Shown: in pieces, positions 8,989 to 18,600 of the stretch
Layout: each line of letters opens with the position of its first letter
Position numbering within the stretch: position 1 is the stretch's first letter
Assembly: GCA_035602295.1 (NCBI GenBank)
Contig: DATNMN010000186.1
Location: forward strand, 1 to 48,895
Origin: Candidatus Dormiibacterota bacterium
Lineage (GTDB): Bacteria > Chloroflexota > Dormibacteria > CF-121
Reading direction: 5' to 3'
Length of the DNA: 48,895 nucleotides
Program-made: the position numbers and the translations under genes
Notes under the pieces: generated by a model
What the model saw: the letters and a program-made list of their open reading frames with translations, nothing else
Told to the model about the DNA's origin: nothing
The model's database searches: none

Positions 8989-10934
8989 AACACCTCGTTG
9001 ATCACCTGCGTCGCATGTCCCTGGGCGTCGACCAGCCAGAGCTGATCCACGTCGCCGCTTCCGGCATGAGTCCCCAGGGCAATCGCGATCTTCGGCCCGC
9101 TCGGCTGCGCCATCGCAAACACCCCTCCGCCGCTGTTGGCGCCGGAACTGGTTGCTTGGCGCCAGAGGGTCTTGCCTGTCTGCCATTCGATGAGCGCCAG
9201 ATCTTCGCCGGTCCCCGCGAAGAACGGCCCGGTGACCACCCGCATGTCGTCCCAGGAGAAGCGCAGGACGCGTTGCTTGCCAACTTGACCCACGACCTGA
9301 CCATCGACCGTTCGCCGGATCAGCGTCACCCCAACCACGGGCTGACCCTGCCCGTCGTAGTTCGTGGCTTGCTCCGCCAGGTACTTGCCGTCGTGTGAGC
9401 TGATCACGCTCGTGGATTGCGCCGGGTAAGCGCGTTGGTAGAGGACGCGGCCGCTCGAAATGGCGATGACGCGAACACTCGTCAGTCCCGTCATCCCGAG
9501 GTCGCCGAGGACCACTCGATCGTTCACGGGGCTGCACGCCAGGATCGCAATGCTCGAGCGACCGCCTATCACGCCGGCCTGCGCGACCCGACGCGCTAGG
9601 CCACCGGGGCGGCCGATGAAGACCCATTGTTCTCCCACGCTGGAGCCAGAGGGCCGGATCTCGCACAGGCTCCGATTGTCGTCTGCCAGGGCGGAGGTGT
9701 AGTACACCGTGGTTGATGCGGCCCTGAGCGTCGCCCCGGTGCGATCGAAGTACATGCCGTCCCGGTTGGCAAGGATCGTTCCGTCCGGCGACTGCAGAAC
9801 GGCGGGGGTCTGATACACGGTGCCGACCATCGTCCCGGTCCAGTCGATCGCTACGAGCCGCGCCTCAGAGGCCGCACCGCCATAAGGTGAAACCGCCGAG
9901 TACCAGATAACCGGCATCCCATCTGGAGGCGCCCCGGGCTCTGTGGTGAACGCCCATTGGCGCCTGATGTTGGCCGCACTCACGCCGTAGTCGACCACGG
10001 CGGTGACCTGGTAGCTCGTGAGCGGCTTGAGGCCCGCGTAGCCGACGGTCCAGGTGCTTCCGATCCATTGCCCCGGAAGCAGGGAGGCGTCAGCCGGCAC
10101 AATATGCACCTGGGGCTCGACGGCCGGACGATGGTTGAAGTCGATCGTCATTGCTCCGGTTCGCGTGACAACGGCCTGCCCATCGGTGGGCGCGAACTTG
10201 ACGAGGACCGGATACCCCTCGGCACTGAAACTCCAGCGCTTCACCAGATGACCTGTGTCTTTGAAGCGGCTGCGGTAGTCGGCCCCGAGGACGACCTGGT
10301 ATCGGGTCGCGAGGCGGAGGCCGGAATAGGCGACGACCAACGTGCTCCCCTCCCAGCGCGGCGACTCCAGCACGCCATCGGCCGGCTCGAGTCGCAACGT
10401 CGGTGTTCCAACCGGATGCCTGCCGAACGCGATCTTGAAGTCTCCCCTGAGCGGCACCTCTTTCGCTCCCGACGGCGGGTTCACGTCCGCTATGGTCGGC
10501 TGCGCGGCAGCAAGGGCATCGGCACGCACCCAGATAAAGGCAGCGAGCGCCCCGGCGAGGACGACACCGCCGAGGGTAAGGAGCACCGCACGACGCCGTC
10601 CGACCGGCTCGACCGCCTGTTCCTCCTCAAGGAGGTCGACGATTCGAGTGTGGAGGCTCGCGCTCACCACGACTGCTTGAGCGACGCGGTCATCACTTTG
10701 CACCAGCGAGCCCCGACCTCGAGAACCCAGTTGGCGGATGCGGCCATGCAACCGTTCCTTCAACTCCACGGTCTGGGGGGTGCTGCCGAGCGACGTGGCC
10801 ATGCCGGCGAATGCCTTGAGGAGAATCCGCTCCGCCTCGGCCGGTTCCGACGCAAGCGCGACAGCCCGTCGGTAGGCGTCCGTTTCGAGCTCGCGAACCA
10901 GCTGGTCGATTCGATTTCGTTCGAGAGTTTTCAC
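8961..10934 (-). CDS. Single-pass membrane protein with a cytoplasmic N-domain, 2x SbsA/Big_5-like Ig domains and a beta-propeller-like C-domain; anti-sigma-like paralogue 1
   Basis: TM helix [21 protein letters not shown]. Two repeats of the pattern 'P..GA..VPL...F.I.F...P......L.PAD........W.G.T......GL...T.Y'. By eye about half the residues match the neighbouring gene 10985..12805. Confidence 0.75.
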   Translation of the reverse strand: MKTLERNRIDQLVRELETDAYRRAVALASEPAEAERILLKAFAGMATSLGSTPQTVELKERLHGRIRQLGSRGRGSLVQSDDRVAQAVVVSASLHTRIVDLLEEEQAVEPVGRRRAVLLTLGGVVLAGALAAFIWVRADALAAAQPTIADVNPPSGAKEVPLRGDFKIAFGRHPVGTPTLRLEPADGVLESPRWEGSTLVVAYSGLRLATRYQVVLGADYRSRFKDTGHLVKRWSFSAEGYPVLVKFAPTDGQAVVTRTGAMTIDFNHRPAVEPQVHIVPADASLLPGQWIGSTWTVGYAGLKPLTSYQVTAVVDYGVSAANIRRQWAFTTEPGAPPDGMPVIWYSAVSPYGGAASEARLVAIDWTGTMVGTVYQTPAVLQSPDGTILANRDGMYFDRTGATLRAASTTVYYTSALADDNRSLCEIRPSGSSVGEQWVFIGRPGGLARRVAQAGVIGGRSSIAILACSPVNDRVVLGDLGMTGLTSVRVIAISSGRVLYQRAYPAQSTSVISSHDGKYLAEQATNYDGQGQPVVGVTLIRRTVDGQVVGQVGKQRVLRFSWDDMRVVTGPFFAGTGEDLALIEWQTGKTLWRQATSSGANSGGGVFAMAQPSGPKIAIALGTHAGSGDVDQLWLVDAQGHATQVINEVFYPAINSPF

Positions 10935-10984
10935 GCTGGCCTCGGTCAGAGAAACGGGCAGAGGCGCTATAAAGTTACATCACC

Positions 10985-12805
10985 CTAGAACCCAGAGAAC
11001 CCAGGGAAAATGGGGCCTTTCGCGACCGACGTCGCCGCGCCGTCGGCATGGACCAGCCAGAGCTGATCGACGGGCGCCTGTCCGGTCCCATCCGCGGCTA
11101 CCGCGACCATGAAGTCCGTGCCGCCGGGTCTGCCTATGGCAAGCACATAGGCCTGGTCTGGGGCGACGCCGGCCGGCTCGGCGAGGCGCCAGAGAATCTG
11201 CCCACGCTGCCAGTCGACGAGGCGCACTTCGCGGTTGCCGACAGCGCCGTGGGCGGGCATCGTAATCACTCGTGAGCCGTCCCAGGAGAACGCGACCACG
11301 GCCTGGCCGCCGGCGAGCCGCGCGACCACCGTGCCGTCTGAGGTGCGCCGAATGAGCGTATCGCCGTAAACCTGAAGGCCCTGGGCATCGGGCGACAGCG
11401 TCTGTTCCGCGAGGTATCGCCCATCGTGCGACGCCACGACCGAGGAGGCAACGGTGCTGCTGGGGTACTGGCGCTGATAGATCACCGTCCCGGTCGACAG
11501 CCGGATGACTCGAACCTCCGAAGTCCACATGATGACGTCCTCCACGACCACAGCGCGATCGTTCTGATAGCTGCAAGCAACGATTCGCGGGCCCGATTGC
11601 CCACCGACCTGGCCGACCTGGGCAACGCGATGCAGCGACCCGCCGATGGGTCCCGTAAAGAGCCAGCTCGGCTCCCCATCTCCCCCGAAATCGCCGCCGG
11701 TGGCATTACGCATAGCGCAGACGTGCCGGCTGTCGTCGGCAAACGAGCCCGGGCCACCCTTGAGGCCAAGCGCCGGGCCCAGGAGCGTTCCGGCCTGATC
11801 GGCATACTCGGTGCCGATAAAGAGACGCGTTCCATCGGGTGCCTGAAGGGCCCCACTCGTGTTGTAGAGGCTGCCAACCAGCGTCCCGTTCCAATCCAGG
11901 GCCAGCAGCCGGTACACCGGGTTGGGGTCTGGTGGACGGTTCGAGAGCGGGTTCGATGTCGCGTACCAGATCAGGGGAATGTTCTTCGGCGGCGCACCGG
12001 GTTCGGCGGTGAAGCTCCAGTCCTTATGGAAGTTGGCGGCGAGGTTGCCGAAGTCCAGGTCCAGCAGGAGTCGGTACGACCGTAGTGGTTGGAGTCCGGT
12101 GTAGTTGAGGGCCCAGGTGCTGTCGGTCCATTTCCCGGCCTGCAGGGTGCCGTCGGCCGGCTCGAAGCGAATCACCGGATCGACCGCCGGGCGGTGGGCG
12201 AACTGAATGCTCAGCTGGCCGTTGCGGGCGATGCCTGTCTCACCAGCCGCCGGTGTGGAGGCCGTAATCTGCGCGGGTCCCTCCGCCGTGAAGCTCCAGC
12301 GCTGTTCAAAGTGACCTTTGTCGCCCTGGTGACTGCGGTAGTCCGCGGAGAGGATCAATTGGTAGCGCGCGCTGGGATGCAGTCCAGCGTATTTCACGGT
12401 CATGGTCGTTCCGGACCATGCGAGAGGTTGGAGCGTGGCATCAGCCGGCTCGGCCCGCAACGCCGGGTCGATCGTCGGGCGGGTGGCGAAGTCGACGCGG
12501 AATTCGCCCTTCAGCGGCACATCGCGGGCACCATCCGCAGGAAAGACGGAGGTCACGTGGGGCGCCGACTTGGCGAGCTCGTTGGCGCGAAGTTTCAGCA
12601 CGACCCCCATCGCGCCAACGGCCACGAGCACGATAGCGGCCGCCGCGGCCAGCTGGACCATGAACCGATGCGAACGGACGGGCGCACGACCATCGAGCCG
12701 CCCGATGATGCGCGCATGCAGGTTCGGACTGACCCGTGCCTCATCCCGAAGGACGGATCCGTAGTGTTGGAGGCGCGTCTCGAGCTGGGGGTCTTCGGTG
12801 ATCAT
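10985..12805 (-). CDS. Anti-sigma-like single-pass membrane protein with 2x Big_5-like Ig domains and a beta-propeller-like C-domain; paralogue 2
   Basis: The start overlaps the upstream ECF sigma stop by 4 nt. The short N-domain has an anti-sigma-like 'LHARIIGRL', followed by a TM helix. The extracytoplasmic architecture is the same as 8961..10934. Confidence 0.75.
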   Translation of the reverse strand: MITEDPQLETRLQHYGSVLRDEARVSPNLHARIIGRLDGRAPVRSHRFMVQLAAAAAIVLVAVGAMGVVLKLRANELAKSAPHVTSVFPADGARDVPLKGEFRVDFATRPTIDPALRAEPADATLQPLAWSGTTMTVKYAGLHPSARYQLILSADYRSHQGDKGHFEQRWSFTAEGPAQITASTPAAGETGIARNGQLSIQFAHRPAVDPVIRFEPADGTLQAGKWTDSTWALNYTGLQPLRSYRLLLDLDFGNLAANFHKDWSFTAEPGAPPKNIPLIWYATSNPLSNRPPDPNPVYRLLALDWNGTLVGSLYNTSGALQAPDGTRLFIGTEYADQAGTLLGPALGLKGGPGSFADDSRHVCAMRNATGGDFGGDGEPSWLFTGPIGGSLHRVAQVGQVGGQSGPRIVACSYQNDRAVVVEDVIMWTSEVRVIRLSTGTVIYQRQYPSSTVASSVVASHDGRYLAEQTLSPDAQGLQVYGDTLIRRTSDGTVVARLAGGQAVVAFSWDGSRVITMPAHGAVGNREVRLVDWQRGQILWRLAEPAGVAPDQAYVLAIGRPGGTDFMVAVAADGTGQAPVDQLWLVHADGAATSVAKGPIFPGFSGF

Positions 12806-13350
12806 GCCTCCACTCCTCGCGCCGCGACGGCAGAGGCCATCCTGCGCCGCAGCTTGGCCAGCGACCGGTGAACGATCACCCTCGCATGGTTCTCGCTCAC
12901 GGCCAGGGTCGTTGCGGTTTCAGCGAACGAACGGTCTTCGAAGTAACGCAGGTGCACCGCCGCTCGCTCCCGCGGATCGAGCTGGCGCAGCGCGTCAACC
13001 AGGGCCGCATCATCGGCCCGGCGCTCCACCTCGTCGAACGGGTTCGGCGGCGGCGGCGCCCAGAAGCTGAGCAGCGACCAGCGCTTGCGATGCCGGGCCT
13101 GGTCGCGGGCGAGGTTCAAGATGGCCCGATAGAGCCAGCGTTTGAATTCGCTTCTCTCCTGGGGGGTGTTCTTCGCGGCCCAGACATTCGCAAAGGCCTG
13201 CTGCACGATCTCTTCCGCCTGCTCCCGGTCATGCACGAGCGTCATGGCGAAACCGAAGGCGTTGTCCTCCAGCTCCACTACGAGGGGTTCGAACCATGGC
13301 CGATCGTTCGATTTCAGAGCGTCCTCCCTTTTCGGAATCCCACGGCACAA
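12802..13350 (-). CDS. ECF-type sigma-70 family factor
   Basis: Region 2 (EQAEEIVQQAFANVW, WLYRAILNLARD) and region 4 (LDPRERAAVHLRYFEDRSFAETATTLAVSENHARVIVHRSLAKLR). A strong SD (AAGGGAGGA, 13322-13330) points to a CTG at 13317 rather than the TTG at 13350. Confidence 0.85.
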   Translation of the reverse strand: MCRGIPKREDALKSNDRPWFEPLVVELEDNAFGFAMTLVHDREQAEEIVQQAFANVWAAKNTPQERSEFKRWLYRAILNLARDQARHRKRWSLLSFWAPPPPNPFDEVERRADDAALVDALRQLDPRERAAVHLRYFEDRSFAETATTLAVSENHARVIVHRSLAKLRRRMASAVAARGVEA

Positions 13351-13380
13351 CGACCGAGTGGCCCTGGCGTTACAACCAAC

Positions 13381-14697
13381 TCAGAGGAGGGCGCGCTCCT
13401 TCAACTCCAGGTAGCGTTCGACCAGAGAAGGGCTGAGCTGGCCAGCCTCGACGTCGAGCCCCAGGACACCGCCCTGCCGAAGCTGCTCGAAGCTGGCTCG
13501 CCGGGCGGAGAGGAGCTCTTCGGCGGCCGCCCATTCGTAGGCGCGCGAGACCCGTTCGATCGGCGCGTTCCGGGCCGCCATCACCTCCGGGTCCGACATG
13601 GCGACCACCATCACGAGGTGGCGGTGACTCAGGCGGATGGCGTGGCCGACGAGGTCGCGCGAGGCCTCGGGATCGAGGACGTCGGTGAGTACGATTACCA
13701 GCGAGCGTCGGCTGACTCGAAGCGCGATGTGCGAGAAGGCTTCCGCAAAATCGGGCTCGGTGTATTCGGGCTTGACGTCGTATAGCACTCGGTTGAGTTG
13801 CGTGACCTGGGCCGGCCCGCGTTGCGGCGCCACGAAACGGCGCACGCCATCGCTGAAGGTCAGCATGCCAACCTTGTCGCCCTGGCTCTGCGCCACCCAG
13901 GCAAGCAGCAGGGCCGCGTTGACCGCATGGTCGAGCTTGCTCAACAGTCCCGCGGGCGCTGTCATCAGCCGGCCGCAATCGATGGCGATGATCGCCTGCT
14001 GGCCGCGCTCGGCCTCGACCTCCATCACCACCGGGCTATCGCGCCGCGCCGTCGCCTTCCAGTTGATGCGCCGCACCTCATCCCCCGGCAGGTAGTCGCG
14101 CAGCCCGGCAAACGCGGTGGTGGCGCCCGGAGGGCGAGCCCGACGAAGTCCGGCCATGATGCGCATCCCGCGACGCAGCATCAGCTCGTAACGCTTGATG
14201 GCGAGGACATCGGGATAGACCGCGGCCGCCTCGTCGGCCTTGATCCGCACCTGCCGCATGAGCCAGCCACCCGGCCGCCAGCAGCGGAGGTCGACCGGAC
14301 CGAAGCGGTAGGCGCCCCGATGGGGCGGTTCGACGGTGTACTCCACGTGCAGTAGACCCTCGCCGTCGAAAACCCCGGACAGCATCCGGCGATCGGGACG
14401 CAGGTCGGCGGGCGTGTGGTCGGCGACCTCAGCCGGCAGGCCCGCCGCACCGGCGTGCGCGACCAGGAGCTGCACGCTCTGCACCTCTCCCAGCGACAAG
14501 GGCTGGGGCAAAACGCGACTCGCCATGAAGCCGGACTTGCTCGGGAGGCGGCCCGCCTCCGCGATCAAGATGCCTGCCATCGCCGCGTAGTAGAGCAGCG
14601 GCGCGATGATGAACACCGGGCTCAGCAGGAGCAGCAGAAAGAGGATGGACCCGGCGAGCAACGTGACCAGCAGCCGCGGCTGCGGAAGCAGCGTCAT
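13381..14697 (-). CDS. DUF58 (vWA-like) domain protein
   Basis: Two N-terminal TM helices. The DUF58 signature is present (LRDYLPGDEVRRINWKATARRDSPVVMEVEAERGQ) with a vWA-like core (IIAIDCGRLM). It lies directly downstream of MoxR. Confidence 0.9.
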   Translation of the reverse strand: MTLLPQPRLLVTLLAGSILFLLLLLSPVFIIAPLLYYAAMAGILIAEAGRLPSKSGFMASRVLPQPLSLGEVQSVQLLVAHAGAAGLPAEVADHTPADLRPDRRMLSGVFDGEGLLHVEYTVEPPHRGAYRFGPVDLRCWRPGGWLMRQVRIKADEAAAVYPDVLAIKRYELMLRRGMRIMAGLRRARPPGATTAFAGLRDYLPGDEVRRINWKATARRDSPVVMEVEAERGQQAIIAIDCGRLMTAPAGLLSKLDHAVNAALLLAWVAQSQGDKVGMLTFSDGVRRFVAPQRGPAQVTQLNRVLYDVKPEYTEPDFAEAFSHIALRVSRRSLVIVLTDVLDPEASRDLVGHAIRLSHRHLVMVVAMSDPEVMAARNAPIERVSRAYEWAAAEELLSARRASFEQLRQGGVLGLDVEAGQLSPSLVERYLELKERALL

Positions 14698-14713
14698 GCG
14701 GCCAGCCCGCGCC

Positions 14714-15661
14714 CTATCGCGGCGGCGTGACGCGGGCGATCACCGCGTCGAGCAGGCTGTCGGCGGTCTGACCACCGACCTCGGCCTCGGGTCGCAGCAG
14801 CAGCCGGTGCCGAAACGTCGGCCGGAGCAACCCTTTCACGTCGTCGGGGGTGACGTAGTCGCGGCCCTCGAACGCAGCGGCCGCCTTCGACGCCAGCAGC
14901 AGGAGCACTTCGGCTCGCGGGCTCGCCCCCAGCACCAGCTCGGCTGCTTGTCGGGTGGCAACGGCGAGCTCGATGATGTAGCGGCGTAGACGCTCATCGA
15001 CCGTGACCTTTCGCGCTTCGGCCTGGCATTCCGCGATCGCTGCCGCCTCGACGATGGGCGTGACGCCGGCTCGCACCGGGTCTCGCAGCTCGATCCCGGC
15101 ATCCCAGCGCCGCAGCATCTCGAGCTCCTGCTCAGGTGTCGGGTAATTCATGAACGCCTTGAACAGGAAGCGGTCCTGCTGCGCTTCGGGCAATGGGTAG
15201 GTCCCTTCGTACTCGATCGGGTTCTGCGTGGCGAGCACCATGAAGGGATCGGGCAGCGGATTTTGCTGACCCTCGAGGCTGACACCGTGCTCCTCCATCG
15301 CTTCCAGCAGCGCGGCCTGCACTTTGGCCGGTGCGCGGTTGATCTCGTCGGCCAGCAGGATGTTGGTGAAGACTGGTCCCTTGCGGATGCGGAACGACCG
15401 CGACTGCAGGTCGTAGACCGACGTCCCGACGATGTCAGACGGCATCAAGTCGGGCGTGAACTGCACGCGACCATAGTCCAACGAGAGCAGGCGGGCGATC
15501 GTTTTGGCGAGCAGCGTTTTCCCCACGCCGGGCACACCCTCGAGCAGGACATGGCCCTGCGCGATCAGGGCAATGGCGCAGAGGCGCACCGCCTCGTCCT
15601 GGCCGACCACTGCCTTGGACGCTTCCGAGCGAAAACGCGCGTAAAAATCGGCGGCTTTCAT
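14714..15661 (-). CDS. MoxR-family AAA+ ATPase
   Basis: Walker A GVPGVGKT, the MoxR-typical RVQFTPDLMPSDIVG, Walker B ILLADEINRA, and LATQNPIEYEGTYPLPEAQQDRF. Confidence 0.93.
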   Translation of the reverse strand: MKAADFYARFRSEASKAVVGQDEAVRLCAIALIAQGHVLLEGVPGVGKTLLAKTIARLLSLDYGRVQFTPDLMPSDIVGTSVYDLQSRSFRIRKGPVFTNILLADEINRAPAKVQAALLEAMEEHGVSLEGQQNPLPDPFMVLATQNPIEYEGTYPLPEAQQDRFLFKAFMNYPTPEQELEMLRRWDAGIELRDPVRAGVTPIVEAAAIAECQAEARKVTVDERLRRYIIELAVATRQAAELVLGASPRAEVLLLLASKAAAAFEGRDYVTPDDVKGLLRPTFRHRLLLRPEAEVGGQTADSLLDAVIARVTPPR

Positions 15662-16782
15662 GCGGACTCCTTCATTGACGGATACGCGAGATCGTGCAAC
15701 CGGCGGGCCATCTTGAGGACCTCGACCTCGCTCGCGCTGGCACCGTCGAGCTCGCGCTCGGCGCGGGCCAGCTCGGCAGCCGCCGCCGGTGCGCGCTGTT
15801 CGATGGTGGCGTTGAGGCGATCACTGGGGACGTCGCCGCCGAGACCAACCCGCTGGGCGACGGCGTGGCGCGTGGCGGAGAGCAAGGCCTCCAATGTAAC
15901 GTGCCGGGCACCGGTGCGATGCAAGAGACTCCCAACCGCCACCGCGTACTCCGCCGTCGAACGATCCTCACGAGCGCGCAATGAGATGCGCGGCCCGAAC
16001 GCCCGACCGCGGAGGGCCAGGCCTACGAAGGCAATCAGCACCGTCACCACGAGGGCGATGCCCCACGGTGTCGTCATCCACGCTGTTTCGGGAGAACCGG
16101 TCGCGGCTGCTCCATGATGGAACTCGTCGAACCACACGCGGCCGCCGGCCGGCGTCATCGCCATCAGGTCGGCAGCAAAGCGACCGTTGTCGGGTTTGCC
16201 GATGTTCCCGTTGCAGAGGATGAGGGGGTCGGTGAGTGCCAGAAACTGGCCGCGGCCGACGTCCTGCCGCAGACCCAGGACGTCACCCGCATCATTGCGA
16301 AGCAGCGCCACCTGCGAGGCGGTCGGCCTGAAGGCGCGGGCGTCGCTTGCACCAGCGACCGCCCCGACCCCGCCGAGGATGGGCGCGGCGGCATGGGCCT
16401 TCGCCGACACGGAGCTTGCCGTGCGGCGCAATCCGAACTGGAGATCCACCTGCGGGTCGCCGTCCTCGGCCGCGTAGACGACCACTCCGCCGGATTGCAC
16501 CCAGCCGTTCAGCTGCTGGACCTCGGCGGCGCTGAAGCCACTGGTAGGCGTGAAGACAAAGAGGAGGCCTGATGACGATGACAGCGTGAAGTCGCCTTCC
16601 ACAGATCCACTCGAGTGGCCGAGGGCATCGGCGTAGGCGCGGAGCGCTGACGTCCCGTCGGCGGAATCACTGGTCGAGGCATGCTCGGGCGAGCGACCCT
16701 GGGTACCGGTGCCTCGCAGCAGCACCAGCACAAAGACCACCAGCGCCATCGCCCCCAGCGGGAACCAGCCACGACCCTTCAT
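15658..16782 (-). CDS. DUF4350 domain membrane protein
   Basis: N-terminal TM helix, a DUF4350-like segment (LLFVFTPTSGFSAAEVQQLNGWVQSGGVVVYAAED) and a second TM helix. It has 4-nt overlaps with both neighbours, in the canonical position after MoxR. Confidence 0.7.
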   Translation of the reverse strand: MKGRGWFPLGAMALVVFVLVLLRGTGTQGRSPEHASTSDSADGTSALRAYADALGHSSGSVEGDFTLSSSSGLLFVFTPTSGFSAAEVQQLNGWVQSGGVVVYAAEDGDPQVDLQFGLRRTASSVSAKAHAAAPILGGVGAVAGASDARAFRPTASQVALLRNDAGDVLGLRQDVGRGQFLALTDPLILCNGNIGKPDNGRFAADLMAMTPAGGRVWFDEFHHGAAATGSPETAWMTTPWGIALVVTVLIAFVGLALRGRAFGPRISLRAREDRSTAEYAVAVGSLLHRTGARHVTLEALLSATRHAVAQRVGLGGDVPSDRLNATIEQRAPAAAAELARAERELDGASASEVEVLKMARRLHDLAYPSMKESA

Positions 16783-17726
16783 GAGGCCGTCCTTCGATAG
16801 GAGGCCGCGGCGTCGGCGGCACGGCCATAGGTGTCGGCGTCGGGCGTCCGATGACCGTAGCTCGCTTCTTCGAAGGAGAGCAGCAGCGGTCGTAGTTCCT
16901 CAGCGCGCTCGGATTGCTGGAACAGCTCGCGCACGGTGAACGGACTGTGCTCCCAGGCATGTTCACCCCGGAGGTGGACGGCGACCCCGCCCGCGAGCGC
17001 CTTGATGGCTCCCACGTAGTCGTGGCTGGCGGCTAAGCGGTCGGCATCGCCGAAGAAGTCCACGCGCCCACGGGCGAGCGGTGCGGTGCCACGTAACCTC
17101 GCCTCGCGTCCACCCCGACTCAGTCCGCCGCGGATCGGCCAGGCGATGATGGCGATCACCGCCGCCACTCCGATCAGCAGCCAGATCCAGAGTGGGATGT
17201 TGAGGTGCAGGCCGCCGACCCCCAGCCATCGGATCAAATCGCCGACCCGAGCCACGATGAAGTCGAAGATCCGTTGAGGCAACGACGGACCGGTGCTCAA
17301 GCCCGAGTAGCGGGACTGCGACAGGATGGTCTGCAGCTGCCCTTGGGCCTGACTTGGGTTGGGCGTATCGACCCGGGCCTGCAGTGTCGCGTACAGCGCT
17401 TGCAAGCGCTGGTCGGCGTCGACAAGGTCGGGCGGGTTCCTTCGCAGGTCACGCAGGATCTCCGGCTGGCTATTCCCCGTGTCCCGGGTGAGGACGTCGA
17501 TCGCCTGCTGGATGGACGGAACATCCCCGCGCTCCGCGAACTGGACCAGCGCAAGCGCGCGATGGACGGCGTTGGTGTAATCGTCCGCCGTGCTGGCCGA
17601 GGCGGACGTGACGCCCGACCCCACCAGCATGCCGAGAAGGAGGAGCAGGATCCGCACCGACGCCCCCCGCTGCAACCGTTTAGGCCGGCGCGGTGCCAGG
17701 GGCGGCCTGGCGGGCAAGCTGGTCAA
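16779..17726 (-). CDS. DUF4129 domain membrane protein
   Basis: Signal/TM segment, a central TM helix, and a C-terminal DUF4129-like end (FTVRELF...LLLSFEEASYGHRTPD). The start may be further downstream, because 47 nt overlap the preceding gene. Confidence 0.7.
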   Translation of the reverse strand: MTSLPARPPLAPRRPKRLQRGASVRILLLLLGMLVGSGVTSASASTADDYTNAVHRALALVQFAERGDVPSIQQAIDVLTRDTGNSQPEILRDLRRNPPDLVDADQRLQALYATLQARVDTPNPSQAQGQLQTILSQSRYSGLSTGPSLPQRIFDFIVARVGDLIRWLGVGGLHLNIPLWIWLLIGVAAVIAIIAWPIRGGLSRGGREARLRGTAPLARGRVDFFGDADRLAASHDYVGAIKALAGGVAVHLRGEHAWEHSPFTVRELFQQSERAEELRPLLLSFEEASYGHRTPDADTYGRAADAAASYRRTAS

Positions 17727-18564
17727 GATCGAGACCTTCCTTGCGGACCCGCAGGTCGAGGTAGAGCAAGGTGATGGCGATCGGCTGGATCGCGCCGACC
17801 AGGGCGTCGATGAGCGTCGTCACCGTCGTGACGATGCCCGCCCGGATGTCGCCGTTGAGACCGGGTACCAACGCCGCAGCGCCACCGAAGAGCGTGGCCA
17901 GCGCGGTCTGGATGAGCGACACCATGATGGTGACGATGATCAGGATGCCGAGTGTGCGCCACCAGTTATCACGCACGAGATTCCAGCTTCTTCCCAGGGC
18001 CTTCACCGGTCCGACGCCTTCGGCAAAGAGCGCCGGGATCGCGACCGACCAGCGGATCAGGACCCAGAGCACCACCGGGATGGTGACGATGCCGATGCTG
18101 CCAATGGCGACGAGAGCCCCCAGGATCACGATTCCCCAAACCGCGAAGTAGCGCCGCGCGGTCCCCGCCAGCACCGAACCGAGGGTTTCCAGGTTGCCCG
18201 CCGCCAGCGAGGTGGCGGCGCGGTACAGGGCACCGACGCTGAATGGAATGAGCAGGGCCGCGATCGGAAAGCTGAGCAGGTAGAGCGGCGAACTCGTGTA
18301 CTGCGACTGCCGGGCCTGGACTGCCGCCAGCTGATCGGGGTTATTGATGTTCTGCAGGACGTCCTGCACGTACGTGAACGGGTTGGCGCGATAAGAGCCC
18401 GAAATCAAGCTCAGGATCAAGTTGGGGAGAATGATCACGATCGCGACGCCCGCAATCACCGTGAAATGGCGACGATAGAGCTTGAAGGTCTCGTCGAGCA
18501 GTTCGCCCATGGGCATAACCCGAAGGCGTACAGGCGTGCCGGCGGTCGCCACGGCGACAATCAT
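17680..18564 (-). CDS. Polytopic membrane protein (glycerophosphodiester-phosphodiesterase-membrane-domain-like / DUF975-like)
   Basis: MGELLDETFKLYRRHFTVIAGVAIV... followed by about 6 hydrophobic helices. This is family recognition by pattern only. Confidence 0.65.
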   Translation of the reverse strand: MIVAVATAGTPVRLRVMPMGELLDETFKLYRRHFTVIAGVAIVIILPNLILSLISGSYRANPFTYVQDVLQNINNPDQLAAVQARQSQYTSSPLYLLSFPIAALLIPFSVGALYRAATSLAAGNLETLGSVLAGTARRYFAVWGIVILGALVAIGSIGIVTIPVVLWVLIRWSVAIPALFAEGVGPVKALGRSWNLVRDNWWRTLGILIIVTIMVSLIQTALATLFGGAAALVPGLNGDIRAGIVTTVTTLIDALVGAIQPIAITLLYLDLRVRKEGLDLDQLARQAAPGTAPA

Positions 18565-18600
18565 GAGGGAAACGGCGAGGCCGTGTCTACAGCGGCGTTA

